Origin: a plasmid | Sequence record: NZ_AP023324.1 | Length of the DNA: 64,000 nucleotides | Strand: one strand, 5' to 3' | Part shown: one piece after another, positions 11,701-23,187 of the stretch | Layout of the letters: every line of letters starts with the position of its first letter | How positions within the stretch are numbered: position 1 is the first letter of the stretch | Program-made: the position numbers and the translations under genes | Notes under the pieces: generated by a model | What the model saw: only the letters and a program-made list of their open reading frames with translations | Database searches by the model: none | What the model was told of the DNA's origin: nothing

Positions 11701-14700
11701 GCGTCGCGCTGGCGCGGTGCAAGAAGGTGTCGTCGCCCGCACCCAGGAAGACATCGCCTTGGATCTGGCCGTAATTCTCGATCCGGTCATTGCCCGCGCC
11801 CAGCGCGATCGAGCCGATGATGGTGCCGGTGTTGGCGATGCGGTTGTCGAAGGCACCGATGGTCTGGATGGCACCGGCAATATAGGTGCCGTTCTGGCGC
11901 GCGAGGGTGTCGTTCGACGCCAGCGTCGTCCCAACGCCGCCATGGATCGTGCCGGCATTGGTCAGGTCGAGCGCGACGCCATCGGCCAAGACCGCGACCG
12001 ACTTGGTGCCGGTCGCCTCGATCACGCCGGTCGCGCTGTTGACGAGCGTCGCCGTGGCGGCACCCTTACCATAGAGCGAAACGCCGGTGGCGATGATGGT
12101 GGTGGGGGCGTCGCGATCCTGCGGCACGCTGGCACCAGCATAGGGATCGACGATCGTCCGGCCACCGCCATTGGCGCGGATCGTGCCGCTGTTGGTGATC
12201 GCGAAGCTCTGAACGGTGGTGCTGGCGGGGTTGCCGACGAAATTGGCGCTGACGCCGTAACCGGAAACACCGCTGGCCTCGATCGTACCGCTGTTGGTCA
12301 GCGTGATGGACCCGGCCATGTCGCGGGAATCGTTGATCGTCAGCAGGGCGGCGGCTTGCCCGTACCCGCTCGCGTTGATCGACCCACTATTGGTGACGGC
12401 GATGCCCATCCCCTGGGCCGTCTCGGGCAGCGTCGTGTCGTAATAGGTATAGTTGCTGGCATAGGCGTTGACGCCCTGCGTGACCGTGCCGCTATTGTCG
12501 AACTGGATCGACCCGCCCACGCCCCGCTCGTCGTTGATCGTCAGCTGGACGCCCGATCGCCGGTCGGAGGTGGTGGCGATGGTGCCGGTGTTGGTCAGCG
12601 AGACCTTCAGCGGCTGTGGGGCATCCGGGGTGGTGATGCCATAAGAGTTGTAATTCCCGGCAAAGGCGCTCAGCCCCTGAGCGACCGTGCCGCTATTGGT
12701 GGCAGTGATCGTCCCCGCATTGACTGACAGGTTGACGCTGGAATAGCTGCTGTCGTTCAGGATCGTACCCGAGTTGGTGATAGTCGTCGCACCGGTGCCG
12801 TAGAGCGACACCGCTGTCCGCTTCGAAGCGGCGTCACCGATCGTGCCGCTGTTGGTGAAGCTCGAAACGGCCCGAGACGCTACCCTTGACGATCGCCTGG
12901 TTGGTCAGCGCGGCAAGCACGGTCGCCTGTAGCGGCTGCGGATAGTAATAATAGCTGTTGCCGATGGTTAGGTCGCCATCGACATTGGCGGTGTTGACCA
13001 CCTGGCCGTCGCCCAGCACGCCGAGCGAGGTCAGCGCGGTGCTCGCGCCGATGGTCACGACGGTGTCGGCGCCGATCGCCTGGACATCCTCGCGTTCGAA
13101 ATTGACGGCGGTCAGGCTGCCCAGCGTCGCGGTGCCCGACTTGGTGAAGGCGCGGCGATAGGTGTCGGTGCCGGCGCCCCGTCGATCGTGCCGGTCACGC
13201 CGGTCTGGCCGTCCATCTCGACGAACACGTCGCTGCCGTCGCCGAAGCGCAGGTTGCCGGTCAGCGTGCCGCCACTATTGGTGTAGATGGCGCTGTTGTA
13301 CGAGCGACCGCCAAAGCTGGCATAGCCCAAGTCGACGTCGCCGGTGATCGTGCCCGCATTGCTGAGTTGCCCCGCCGAGCCGGATGGCGTTCTGCCCGGT
13401 CGCACCCGCGATCGTACCCCCGGCTAGATTGCGGATCACTGTACCATAGCTGTAATTCTGGCTGATTGCGATGCCGCCGGTGCTGGCGATGCGGCCGCTA
13501 TTGTCGATCGTGCCGCTCGAATAATCCATGACGACCGCGTTGCCCGCGACCTCGATCGTGCCGCTGTTTACCAGCGTAGTGAAGCCCGATTCCGGTTGCG
13601 GCCCGCCCGCCCGTCGTCTGGACGATACGGCCGTTGTTGGTGACGGCCCGGGCGGATTGAATACCGGTCGCACCGTTCAGCGTGATCGTGCCGTCATTGG
13701 TCACGCTCTTGCCGCCCGAAATCGCGGCGAGCGTGTTGTAGTTGTTCGATCGCGTGTCGGTGACGTTGATCGTACCCGCATTGGTGAAGCTGTCGTCGCT
13801 GCCCAGTGACACGGCATAGGCGCCGTAGACATCGCTGCTCGATACCGCGAGCGACAGCGCGCCGCGGCTGGTGACGGTCAGCGCGTTGGCGGCATAGGTC
13901 TCGCCCGGCGCCTGGCTGCGCGTGGTCAGCTGGATGACCGAACCGGCGGTGCTGGCGATGTCGGCGGTCAGGTCGACCGTCCCCTGCCCGGACAGATAGA
14001 GCGGCCGGGTCGAGGCCGCGCCGGTCAGGGTCAGCGCCGCCTTGTCGAACAGCTCATAGCCGACCGTGGTGAACTGGCTCGTGGTCGGCAGCGTCGCGGT
14101 GGTGTCGGTGCGCACGCGCAGGCGCAGGCCCGCATTGGTGCCCGACACCGTGCCGGTGATGCCGGCGAAACGGTTGCCGGTAGTGCCTGTCGCCTCAGCG
14201 ATCAGCAGATCGCCACTGGTCAGCGTCAGATTGCCGTTCAGGACGCCGCCCGCCAGCGCGTAATAGGCGTTGTTGTTGCCGTAATAGCTGCTCGACGAGG
14301 ACGAGCCGAAGCTCACGTCGCCGTTGATCGTGCCCGCATTGGCGATGCGCGCGTTGAACACGCTGAAATTGCCGTTCGGCGCGATGGCGCGCGTGCCGCC
14401 GGTGACGATGCCGCCTGCCGCATTGGTGAGCGAACCGTAAGAGCCAATGAACACGCCGGTGCCGGTCGCGGTAATGGTGCCGCTGTTGGTCAGGCTGCTC
14501 GACAGCTGGAGGCCTGCGCTCGCGCCCTCAATCCGGCCGCTATTGGTCGAGGTCGACCCCGACGAACCCGACAGGATCGCGCCGATCCCGCCGGTCGAGC
14601 GGATCGTGCCCGAATTATTGAAGTTCGGCCCAAACAGCGAGACGGCGGTGCCGGTCGCAGTGATCGTGCCCGAATTGACGAACGTCCCTTGCGTGCTGAA

Positions 14701-16202
14701 CGAGACGCCGTTCTGACTGGCAGTGACGGTGCCGCTATTCTCGAAACGGTTCACTGAACTCAGCGAGACGGCATAGACGCCGCTCTGCGTGCCCGTGCCG
14801 GTGATGCTCCCCGCATTGGTGAAGCTGGGCGAGCCGGACGAGGTATATTCGTCGGCCAGCACGGTGCCGGTGCCGCTCAGCGCGGTGTTGTTGACGACCG
14901 TGCCGCTGCCCCGACGCGCACAGAGCCTATGACCGTAAAGCCGCGCGCCAGCGTCGTGGTCATTTTGGCATCGGGGGCGGGGTCAGCTGTTCGAAATTGG
15001 TCGGCAATGCCAGGCCTGAGGACAGGGTGGCATCGCTGGTGAAGCGGACGCGCAGCGTGTCGGTGCCCGCCCCGCCGTCGATCGTACCGCTGATCCCGGT
15101 GCGGATCACGCCGTTTGCATAACCGACGACCAGCGTATCATTGCCCGCGCCGAGGCGGACATTGCCGGTGATCGTCCCGGCCGCGTTGTCGATGCTGCTG
15201 CTGTAATAGCTGAACTGGCCTGCGGTCGACGCGATATCTCCGACGATGATGCCGCTATTGACCAGGCTGATGCCGCTGTCGTTCTGAATAGCGGTTGCGC
15301 CGGCGGTGGCGATCCGGCCACCGGTCTGGTTGACCAGCGACAGGCTGTTGCCCGAGGCGGCGACGATAACCGCACCGGTCCCGGCATTGCTGATCGTACC
15401 GCTGTTGGTCAGCGTCGATCCGCGATAATTGGCCAGCGTCGCGGCGGTGCCGTTGTTGCCGATCGTGCCGCTGTTCGTCCAGCTGCCGCCATAGACGGCC
15501 GAGCTATAGGCTGTGCCCGCATCGATCGCGCTGCGGCTGCCACCATTGATGGTCCCCGCATTGGTCAGTGAGCCCACAGGCCCGCTGATCGCGCCGATCA
15601 TGCCGCCCGCGCGGTTGGTGATCGACGAGAAACCGGCATAAGAGGAATTGGTCGACAGCAATGCATAGCCGTTCGTGCCGGTGCCCGTCCCGCTGATCGT
15701 GCCGCTATTGTCGATCGTCGCGGTCGCGGCCATAGCCGGTACCGGTCTGGCCGATGACGACGCCGTTCGCGCCGCTGACGCTGCCGCCCGCCGCGACCGT
15801 CATGGTCAACTGGGCGGAGGAATAGTTGTTGTTGGATGACTGGCGGGTCAGCTGGACGCCCGCCTGGGTGCCGCCATCGACCTTGCCGCCGATGGTCAGC
15901 GTCGAATAGGCATAGCTGGAATTGGTGACGGGGATTTCGACCGCGATCGCCGGTGCGCCGCTGTTCGACACGACCGCGCTCGCCGCCACATTGACCGTCG
16001 TGCCCGAGGTCGTGACCTTCAGGCCATTGCTGTCGGTACCGGTGCAGGTCGTGGTCGCATTGCTCTGCGTCGGATCGGGGGTGCACTGCGCGAAGGCCGG
16101 GCCGGCCACCATCACCGCCAGCAGAATCGCGCTCGTCTCCAGAGCGCGCGCCTTTACCTGCCGAACGCGCGGCATTGCCTTCATCATGTCTGAAACCCCC
16201 AA
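8778..16202 (-). CDS. Giant autotransporter (type Va) adhesin-like protein of about 2470 aa with a repeat-rich passenger; the frame is broken about 9 times
   Basis: N-terminal signal peptide MKAMPRVRQVKARALETSAILLAVMVAGPAFAQ. The passenger is full of degenerate T(N/G)(S/A)G(T/S)I(T/S/N/E)(A/G/N) beta-helix-type repeats (TNSGTISGT, TNAGTINGD, TNSGTIEAS, VNSGTIEVAG and others). The C-terminal beta-barrel text (GYGDQQWMIGAFGGWLD..., ...YRFANGVDLYATGSAQTGRDDHQETIAAGLRLRF*) ends in the typical aromatic. ORF-track fragments 15705-16202, 14960-15733, 13498-14862, 13275-13673, 13112-13405, 12834-13058, 10922-12811, 10347-10931, 9979-10350, 9468-10145, 8620-9570 and 8781-9023 tile one reading direction. 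The 14862/14960 junction shows two indels within 100 nt at C/G runs. Confidence 0.8.
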
Positions 16203-16439
16203 TTGACCGACATTTCCTAGGATGAAGACGATGTCATGTCCACGTCAAAATCGCGTCTTTGCTATATGACCAAATAGAGACAATTGCCTGTAGTTTACCC
16301 ATGAAGACAGATGCCTGCATTAACGATGTATTATCGCCGACAGGGCGTAGTTAAGGCATGGGTAATGGAAACGCCCGGTTATTTGAGCGTGCAGAAGGAT
16401 TTAATGGTGGCGTGAATGGAGACGGTTGAGAGAAGCATA

Positions 16440-16957
16440 TCAAAGGTGTGGGAGTAACCAACCATCCGGATCAAGCAATTCGAGCTGCGCGCCCTCGCCT
16501 GCTGCGCCCATACGCCGCCAATGCCAAAGAACCAGAGCCGTGCCGCCCGGATTTTGTGCAGACGGAACCAGCGCACCTTGGGCGCCATCCGCGATCAGCT
16601 TGGCGGCTAATGCCCAGCTTGGCGGTAGGACGCCTTCAACCTCAGCGATGCTTTTCCATGGGGCGGTCATGGCTTGGGCAACATCGTCGTCGCAAGCCCT
16701 GTCCCGCCCGTCGGTCAGGTCGGCGATCGCCGTGGCGTCCAGACGATAGGGGGCCAGCGTGCCGGGTCTGGCGAGGCCTTGATAGAATTCGGCGATCGCG
16801 GTCGCATGGTCGGTGCCCAAATACAGCGCCGCCACACCCGGCGGGTTCCAGCGCCCGCCATGAAGCCGCGCTCCCTCCCTGAAAAGGGTTCGCGCTGATA
16901 GCGGATGGTCAGCATTCGCCAGAGCGGGCAGCGAAGGGGGCGGATGGGATAGGTCAT
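16440..16957 (-). CDS. RES-domain toxin (MbcT/ParT-like); one frame break near 16840
   Basis: The fragment MTYPIRPLRCPLWRMLTIRYQREPFSG... continues in another frame as ...ALYLGTDHATAIAEF...ALVPSAQNPGGTALVLW. R...E...S-family text pattern. The gene sits directly downstream of the DUF2384 antitoxin. Confidence 0.65.
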
Positions 16958-17030
16958 GGCAAAAGGCTAAGCCGGTGCCGATCCGGGTTGCGATAGCGTG
17001 TTCTTGTAGAAAGGCTTTCTACAAGAGCCG

Positions 17031-17387
17031 TCAGGAATACACCCCTTCGGCCATGCGATCGAGGTCGCGCAGGACCAGTGCGGCATGGCCTTCCTCGACG
17101 AGCTGCTCGGGCGTCTTGCCGAAGCCGGGCAGCGGCTGGTGCCGGAACCAGATGATCGCACGACCCTCGTCTCCCGACAGCTCGGCCGCGCGCGTGATGA
17201 TCTGTGCGATCTCCCCGAGGCGCGCTTGGACCGCGGGGCTGCCGGGCTTGGCCGCCATGGTGTTGCGGTTGATCTGCGCCAGCTTGGCCAGCCGGGTCAG
17301 CGGCAGACGCAGGCGCTCGGCCATGCGACGCGGGGCGATTATGTCGTGGTCGCGAATATCGTCCAGAAACGCGGCGAGCATGTGCAA
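17031..17387 (-). CDS. Xre-like antitoxin with a DUF2384 (MbcA/ParS-type toxin-binding) domain
   Basis: 118 aa, ...LTRLAKLAQINRNTMAAKP...GRAIIWFRHQPLPGFGKTPEQLVEEGHAALVLRDLDRMAEGVY. The C-terminal text is characteristic of DUF2384 partners of RES toxins. Antitoxin-then-toxin order. Confidence 0.65.
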   Translation of the reverse strand: MHMLAAFLDDIRDHDIIAPRRMAERLRLPLTRLAKLAQINRNTMAAKPGSPAVQARLGEIAQIITRAAELSGDEGRAIIWFRHQPLPGFGKTPEQLVEEGHAALVLRDLDRMAEGVYS

Positions 17388-17505
17388 ACTCCTTGCCTAT
17401 AATATGCTCGTCTTTCGCCTGCGCTTCAAGGGCGACACGGTGCGCGAAAGCCCCTAGTCTGCCCTGCCCCGTAGAGGGAACGGCAACAGGAGCGGGCACG
17501 CCAAG

Positions 17506-18492
17506 GTGAAGGAAACCATCGCTTTTTCCAGCGAGGGCATGGATGCGGAGACCGGCTTCGCCCGCTATCGCCAGCTTTACGCGCAGGGTGCCGATGTCGA
17601 GCGGCTGGACGGGCCGTTCCATGCGCGCGTCACCGGCTGGCGGTTTCGCCATATGCTGCTGTTCGACCGGCATTTGTCGGGCATGGCACATGCCCGGGAG
17701 GAGCGGGTGCAGGCCGATGGGTTCGACCATATCGTGCTCCACCATGTGCTGGCGGGCACGCTGATCGGCCATGCGCGCAGCGGGTTCGAGCAGGCGGGGC
17801 CGGGGGACATCGTCTTTCTCGACACGCGGCGCGGCCATCGGACCGAGACGCACGGCCTGCACATCATCACCGTCAGCATCGCGCGCGACATGATCCATGC
17901 CGCGCTCGGCAGCCTCGGCGCGCTGCACGGGCTGGTCGTGCGTGCGCCCGAGACGGGGATGCTAAGCGATTTCCTGCAATCGCTGGTCCGGAATGCGTCT
18001 ACGCTCGACGACCGGCATGACGGGGCCTTTGCCCGCGCGCTGATCGAGCTCCTCCCCACGGCTCTGGGCGGCCCGCGCGACGTGGCGGTGGAGGCCCGGC
18101 GGCAGGATCATCTGCGGCGCGAGGCGGTCGAGCAGCTGATCGAGCGCGAGATCGACAATCCCAACCTGACCGGTGCGGTCATCGCCGAGCGGGTCGGCGT
18201 GTCGCGCGCGACGCTCTATCGCCTCTATCAGCGCACTGGCGGGATCGCGCAGCATGTCCGCCGGCGCCGGGTGGATGCGGTGCGGCGCGCGCTGGAGGGC
18301 GAGGATATGGTCCCGCTGGACGAGCTGGCGCGCCGTTACGGGCTGGGCGATGCCGGGGCGCTGACCCGCGCCTTTCGCGCCGATCGCGGGGTCGATCCCG
18401 ACAGCTATCGCCGGACCATGCGCCAGACGCAGGCCGATATGGTCGAGACGGGGACGCGGCGCTGGAACGGCTGGATGCGCGAACTCGATTAA
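17506..18492 (+). CDS. AraC-family transcriptional regulator
   Basis: 328 aa with a C-terminal double HTH (...VIAERVGVSRATLYRLYQRTGGIAQHVRRRRVDAVRRAL...LARRYGLGDAGALTRAFRADRGVDPDSYRR). Confidence 0.85.
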   Translation: MKETIAFSSEGMDAETGFARYRQLYAQGADVERLDGPFHARVTGWRFRHMLLFDRHLSGMAHAREERVQADGFDHIVLHHVLAGTLIGHARSGFEQAGPGDIVFLDTRRGHRTETHGLHIITVSIARDMIHAALGSLGALHGLVVRAPETGMLSDFLQSLVRNASTLDDRHDGAFARALIELLPTALGGPRDVAVEARRQDHLRREAVEQLIEREIDNPNLTGAVIAERVGVSRATLYRLYQRTGGIAQHVRRRRVDAVRRALEGEDMVPLDELARRYGLGDAGALTRAFRADRGVDPDSYRRTMRQTQADMVETGTRRWNGWMRELD

Positions 18493-19795
18493 CGTGCCCG
18501 GCGGACCGCAATCCCTGCGGCCGCGCAGCCCAGCACACAGGTCGCGCCCAAGACCATGCCGACCGCATCGGCCAGCCCCGCCAGCGCCTGGCTGGCCAGC
18601 CCGACCGCCCATGGGCCGAGCGCGGTGCCCAGCAGCGTGACGATCGTCAGGAAGATCGCCGTCGCCTCGACCCGCAGACCAGCGTCGGTCCGCGCCTGAA
18701 GCCCGATCATGGCATTGGCCAGCGCCATCGACAGGCCGACGACCGCGAGCGTCAGCGCGGCCAGCGCCATCGCGACCGAGGGGCTGCGCGTCAGCGGCCA
18801 GAGCGTAAGGCCGCACAGGCCAAGCCCCAGCAGCATCAACCCCGGCGCGACGCGCGCGCCCTGCCCCAGCCGATCGGACAGCCATCCGCCCAGTCCGTGC
18901 CCCGCCATCCCGGCCAGCATGATCGCTAGCCCCACTTGCAGGCCGGCAGGGGGCGGCGTCAGGCCATGCTGACGGATCAACAGACTGGCCGACCAGCTGG
19001 TCAGCGATTGTAGTGCGAGGACACCGCACAGGGCGGCGAGGATATGCGGGGCGAGCGCGGCCCGGTCGGCGATCATCCCTCGCAGCGCCGGTCCCATCCG
19101 GGCGGTTGCGGGACGGGCGTGGCGGACCGGTTCCCGCCAGAGATACAAGGTCAGGATGAAGGGCAGCGCCAGCAGCGCCGCGACGATCAGCACCAGTCGC
19201 CACGGCGCGATCCCGGTCTGCGGGGCCAGCGCTGCCAACAGCGCAAGCAGCCCCGCCCCCAATCATCGCCACCCCGCCCGGGGAGGCGCCGGCGGTGAAG
19301 AAGGCGATGCCCCGCCCGCGATGCGCCGGGATCATGGTCAGGACGATCAGGCCGATCGCAGCCGGGCCGATCGCCGCCTGCGCCAGGCCCATCAGCATCC
19401 GGGCGGCAATCAGCGCCTCGACCGACCCCGCCCATCCGCAGGCCAGCGTCGCCAGGCTCGACCCCAGCAACGCCAGGGCGAGCAGCCGGGCAAGCGGCCA
19501 GCGGCGTGCGGCCATGATCATCGGGATCACCGCCAGCCCGTTGATCAGTGCGAAGGCCGGCCTGGACAAAGCCGATCGCACCGTCACCCAGATGCAGCGC
19601 GGTCTTGATCGGCTCGATCAGGATCGACAGCAGGAAACGGTCGCCCACCGCCAGCATATGGACCAGCGCCATCAGCAGCGCGACGCCATAGCCTTTGCGT
19701 GGCGCCGATCGGGTCAAATCCGTTTCCGTCCTGTTGTCAGCGTGCTCCCATGGCGCGATCCTGTTGCCAGGCGCCGATAGGATCGGTCCCGTCAT
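18489..19795 (-). CDS. MFS transporter; frame broken at least twice
   Basis: N-terminal text ...GYGVALLMALVHMLAVGDRFLLSILIEPIKTALHLGDGAIGFVQ. The middle helices lie in the 19587-19260 frame (ARMLMGLAQAAIGPAAIGLIVLTMIPAHRGRGIAFF) and the C-terminal half in 18489-19262. Confidence 0.6.
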
Positions 19796-20450
19796 AGGGC
19801 GCGGACGGCGCATCCGAAAGCCCGATGCGAACCTGCTCGGGGGGCCAGGCGGCCTGCAAAGTCGATATGTCGTCCCAGTCGCCGTCCAGCCACCGCGCGC
19901 GGTCCTCAGGGGCAACGATCATCGGCAGGCTGGACCAGGGTGTATGGCCGCTTACACAGCCCAGCATCGCGAAACAGCGCGCACCGCCATGATCGCGCCA
20001 CAGCCCCGCCACGGTGAACAACACTTCGTCCGCCAGCGTGAACCATGCCGCGCGCCCGCCCCGCGCGCCCGAGGGCGACAGCGCGACACAGGCGGCGGTC
20101 AGCGGATCAGGCAGCGCTGCGCGGGATGCTTGGCCAGCCGGCGCCACCAGGGCAGCGACAGGCTGAGGATCTGGGTGGTCGGCCAGCACGCCTCACCCCG
20201 CTGATGTCCCATCGCTGGGTATCCAGGATGAGGCCACCCCGCCCCGCCGCAGGACGAAGGCGGGATCGCCGGCGCGCAAATCCTGCAACCGCGACCAGGC
20301 GCCCCGACCCCTGCCCACTTTGGGCCATGGCGAAGTCGCGGCACAGCTCGCTCGCCGTCCGGTCCAGCGTCGCGTGGTCCGTCGACGGAGCCGCCATGCC
20401 GGCCATCGGATGGGGCCGATGATCACGGGACGCTGGCCCAGAGCCATTTC
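19737..20450 (-). CDS. Possible SOS-response-associated peptidase (SRAP/YedK, DUF159)-like protein, frame-disrupted
   Basis: The C-terminal text ...FTVAGLWRDHGGARCFAMLGCVSGHTPWSSLPMIVAPEDRARWLD resembles the SRAP FAGLW / HDRMPVIL / WLD region. The N-terminus was not cleanly recovered. Confidence 0.35.
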
Positions 20451-20836
20451 CGGCGCGTCACCGAATAGCGGCGCCGAACCGACTGGCAGAGCAGGACATG
20501 ACGGCGATGATCATCCTGTAGGGTTACGACCCGAAACAGGACGAAAACCGTCCGCCAGCTGCGCGTCCGCACGAACGGAAGCGCCAGCGACACCTTGGGG
20601 AAGCGCAGCATCACGATAAGGAACTTTGATCGAGGAATGGCGCGGGACGAAGGGGACGTGGTTGGGCACAACCCCATCGCCCCGACGAAGCCAATTTAGA
20701 TCAAGGGGTTCCGTCTGCCCATCTTGGACACATCACCGTCTCACGAATGAGACGACGGTGGCGGAGAACGTCTAAACGGACGGTATGTCCGCACCGATCG
20801 CGGCTGCGGCCAGCCCGCGCACATCGACCCGGGCCT

Positions 20837-22123
20837 TCAATCGCGCGCAGAGCAGCGCGCTGCCGCTGATCTTGCGCTGGACGAACAGCGTCTCGACATG
20901 CGGGACATGCCGGTGTCGCGGTCGGCAATCATCGGACGCGTCTCTTCGCGGACCACCGGCACGAAGGCGCGATCGCCAAAGTCGAAGGGGCCCGGCCGCG
21001 CCATCGTATCGTCGATCGCGGCGATGATCCGGTCGACCGCCGGGCGGTGCGCGGCGACCGCCGCCTCGCCCAGAAAACCCGTCTCCACCGCGATCTCGCG
21101 GATGCGGTCGCGGTCATGCGCCAGCCCTGCCTCGATCAGCCGGCGATAGGAGGCGACCGTCTCGGGCGGCACGTCGCGCGCGGCACCGAAATCGAGCAGG
21201 ACGAGGCGCTGGGTATCGGGCTGCCAGCGGTAATTGGCGAAATTGGGATCGGTCTGCATCATGCCGAAATCGAACAGTTCATGCAGGACCAGATCGATCA
21301 GCGCGGTCATCGCGCCATCGCGGGTCACCTGATCGGCCTCGGCCAGCGTCTCGATCGGCTGGCCGGGGATATAGTCCATCGCCAGCACCAGCGGCGTGGT
21401 CAGCGACTTCTCTGGCCTGGGCACGACATAGCGCGGATCGTCCGCCAGTCGCTCGGCGAAGCGACGCATGCGGTCGGCCTCGCGGATATAATCGGCTTCC
21501 TCGGCGAGCTGGGTCTTGGCTTCCGCCAGTAGTGGCTTGAGGTCAATCGCGGGCGGGATCAGGTTGGACACGCGCAGCAACGTCGCGACATTGTCGACGT
21601 CCGAGCCGATGCTGTCGCGCACGCCGGGATATTGGACCTTGATCGCGAGCACCCGTCCATCGGGCAGGGTCGCGCGGTGGACCTGCCCGATCGAGGCGGC
21701 CGCCATCGGCGCGGCCTCGAAATGGCGGAAGCGGCGACGCCAGTCGGCGCCCCATTCGACGCGCAGCACCTTGTCGAGTTGCGCGGGCGGCATCCGGTAG
21801 GCCTGGTCACGGAGCCGTGCGAGGATGGTCTGGAGTTCGGGCGGCAACAGGTCGCCCGCATCCATCGAAATCATCTGCCCCAGCTTCATCGCCGCGCCGC
21901 GCAAATGCGACAGCCGGTCGGCGACGCGCGCGGCATTGCCGGGGGTCAGGACCAGATCGCCCAGCCTCGGCCGCTCGCCTTGCGCCAGACGCCGCGCGCC
22001 CTCGGCCAGCATGCCGCCGGCGACCCCACCCGCGAGCCGGCCGAACGCGCCGGCACGGGCGAAGCGGCCGCTGGGCACGGCGCGGTGGGTCGGCTTGTCA
22101 TTGTCATTGGCCATGCCCGGCAT
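20837..22123 (-). CDS. ABC1/UbiB-family atypical kinase (C-terminal part frame-disrupted)
   Basis: ...AAMKLGQMISMDAGDLLPPELQTILARLRDQAYRMP...APMAAASIGQVHRATLPDGRVLAIKVQYPGVRDSIGSDVDN...DPNFANYRWQPDTQRLVLLDFGAARD. Confidence 0.75.
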   Translation of the reverse strand: MPGMANDNDKPTHRAVPSGRFARAGAFGRLAGGVAGGMLAEGARRLAQGERPRLGDLVLTPGNAARVADRLSHLRGAAMKLGQMISMDAGDLLPPELQTILARLRDQAYRMPPAQLDKVLRVEWGADWRRRFRHFEAAPMAAASIGQVHRATLPDGRVLAIKVQYPGVRDSIGSDVDNVATLLRVSNLIPPAIDLKPLLAEAKTQLAEEADYIREADRMRRFAERLADDPRYVVPRPEKSLTTPLVLAMDYIPGQPIETLAEADQVTRDGAMTALIDLVLHELFDFGMMQTDPNFANYRWQPDTQRLVLLDFGAARDVPPETVASYRRLIEAGLAHDRDRIREIAVETGFLGEAAVAAHRPAVDRIIAAIDDTMARPGPFDFGDRAFVPVVREETRPMIADRDTGMSRMSRRCSSSARSAAARCSARD

Positions 22124-22193
22124 AGCGGCGGGGATAGGGGTTGGTTCCCTCGGTGCCGTGCAGGAGCCAACAGTCCGACCTGTCAGAAGGAAA

Positions 22194-22208
22194 ACATGTC
22201 GACATGTC
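22194..22208. repeat. Palindromic motif copy a: ACATGTCGACATGTC (perfect 15-mer palindrome core), upstream of the ABC1-kinase gene
   Basis: Read directly from the sequence. Confidence 0.7.
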
Positions 22209-22355
22209 TTCAAGTGGGTGAGGCGACAACCGGGGATGGCTCCCGTCTTGACGATAGCAGGCAGGGAGTGAGGCGCGTCCCAATGTTCGCTACACGCCTC
22301 CGTCCATGCCGGCGGCTTGAACCTTTATTTCAATCCCCGGGCCGTGCTCCGATGG

Positions 22356-22907
22356 TCAGCGCAGGATGATGTCGGCGCCATGTTTGTGCGCCCGGATTTC
22401 TTCCTCGGTCAGGCCATTGATCTCGTGTGGGAAGATGAGCCAGTCATTCGTCTCGTGGACGAAAAAGTCGGGCTTGAGATCGGTCACGTTGCGCGACGGC
22501 TTGTAATAGACGGTCGCGACCTTCACCTCGTCCGGCAGGTTGTTCCGGCACCGCTGTTTCAGTTCCTTCAGGAGGGCGCGGATCGACCGCCCGGAATCGA
22601 AGACATCGTCGATCAGGAGCAGGCGATCCTCGGGGTTGAGGACATCCACGAGATGGCCCAGGCCATAGATGCGGACCTGCGGCTCCTGCTGGTCGATGCC
22701 CGTATAGGAGGCAGTACGGATCGCGATATGGTCGCTCTGGATGCCGCGATATTCGAGCAGCTCCTGAACCGCGATGCCGACCGGCGCACCGCCGCGCCAG
22801 ATGCCGACGATATGGGTCGGCCGAAAGCCGGAGTCGAAGACCAGATTGGCCAGGCGGAAGGAATCCTCCAGCAGGCGGTCGGCGGACAGATAGATTTTGG
22901 TGGTCAA
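22356..22907 (-). CDS. Phosphoribosyltransferase (purine PRT-like)
   Basis: 183 aa with the PRPP-binding text LLLIDDVFDSGRSIRAL. Confidence 0.8.
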   Translation of the reverse strand: MTTKIYLSADRLLEDSFRLANLVFDSGFRPTHIVGIWRGGAPVGIAVQELLEYRGIQSDHIAIRTASYTGIDQQEPQVRIYGLGHLVDVLNPEDRLLLIDDVFDSGRSIRALLKELKQRCRNNLPDEVKVATVYYKPSRNVTDLKPDFFVHETNDWLIFPHEINGLTEEEIRAHKHGADIILR

Positions 22908-23134
22908 GGATCGTCAATCATTGTTGCGGAGCGGGGCACGAAGCCATCGGCCCCTGATAGGCGCTCCATTTTGGCGGGCTCCTGCGGGAAGAGCAACCAT
23001 GGTGTGACCAGACGGAGCCATGGCGAGCGCGTGGGTCGGAAACGTAACGAGGGGCTGTGCCGAGAAAAGTGCCCCGTTATCGTCTCTTTGTTTCGTCATG
23101 CGCTACCAGCTAACGCGTACAATCGTGTCAAATA

Positions 23135-23165
23135 ATCGACGTGTCGAATTGTCTACATGTCGATT
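23135..23165. repeat. Motif copy b: ATCGACGTGTCGAATTGTCTACATGTCGATT (between the phosphoribosyltransferase and MerR genes)
   Basis: Read directly from the sequence. Confidence 0.7.
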
Positions 23166-23187
23166 AGTAGTAAGCTCTCCTTTCTGA

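Noticed and set aside
11717-12727. 336-aa plus-strand ORF
   Set aside because: It is antisense to the autotransporter passenger. It is D/G/R-rich with no independent signal.
17962-19587. 541-aa ORF on the minus strand
   Set aside because: Only its first third (19587-about 19260) is real, being the middle helices of the MFS transporter in a shifted frame. The remainder is Arg/Gly/Ala-rich antisense read-through opposite the AraC gene, typical of high-GC DNA.
21632-22369. 245-aa plus-strand ORF
   Set aside because: It is antisense to the ABC1/UbiB kinase gene.
22317-23135. 272-aa plus-strand ORF
   Set aside because: It is antisense to the phosphoribosyltransferase gene, which has clear PRPP-binding text on the minus strand.
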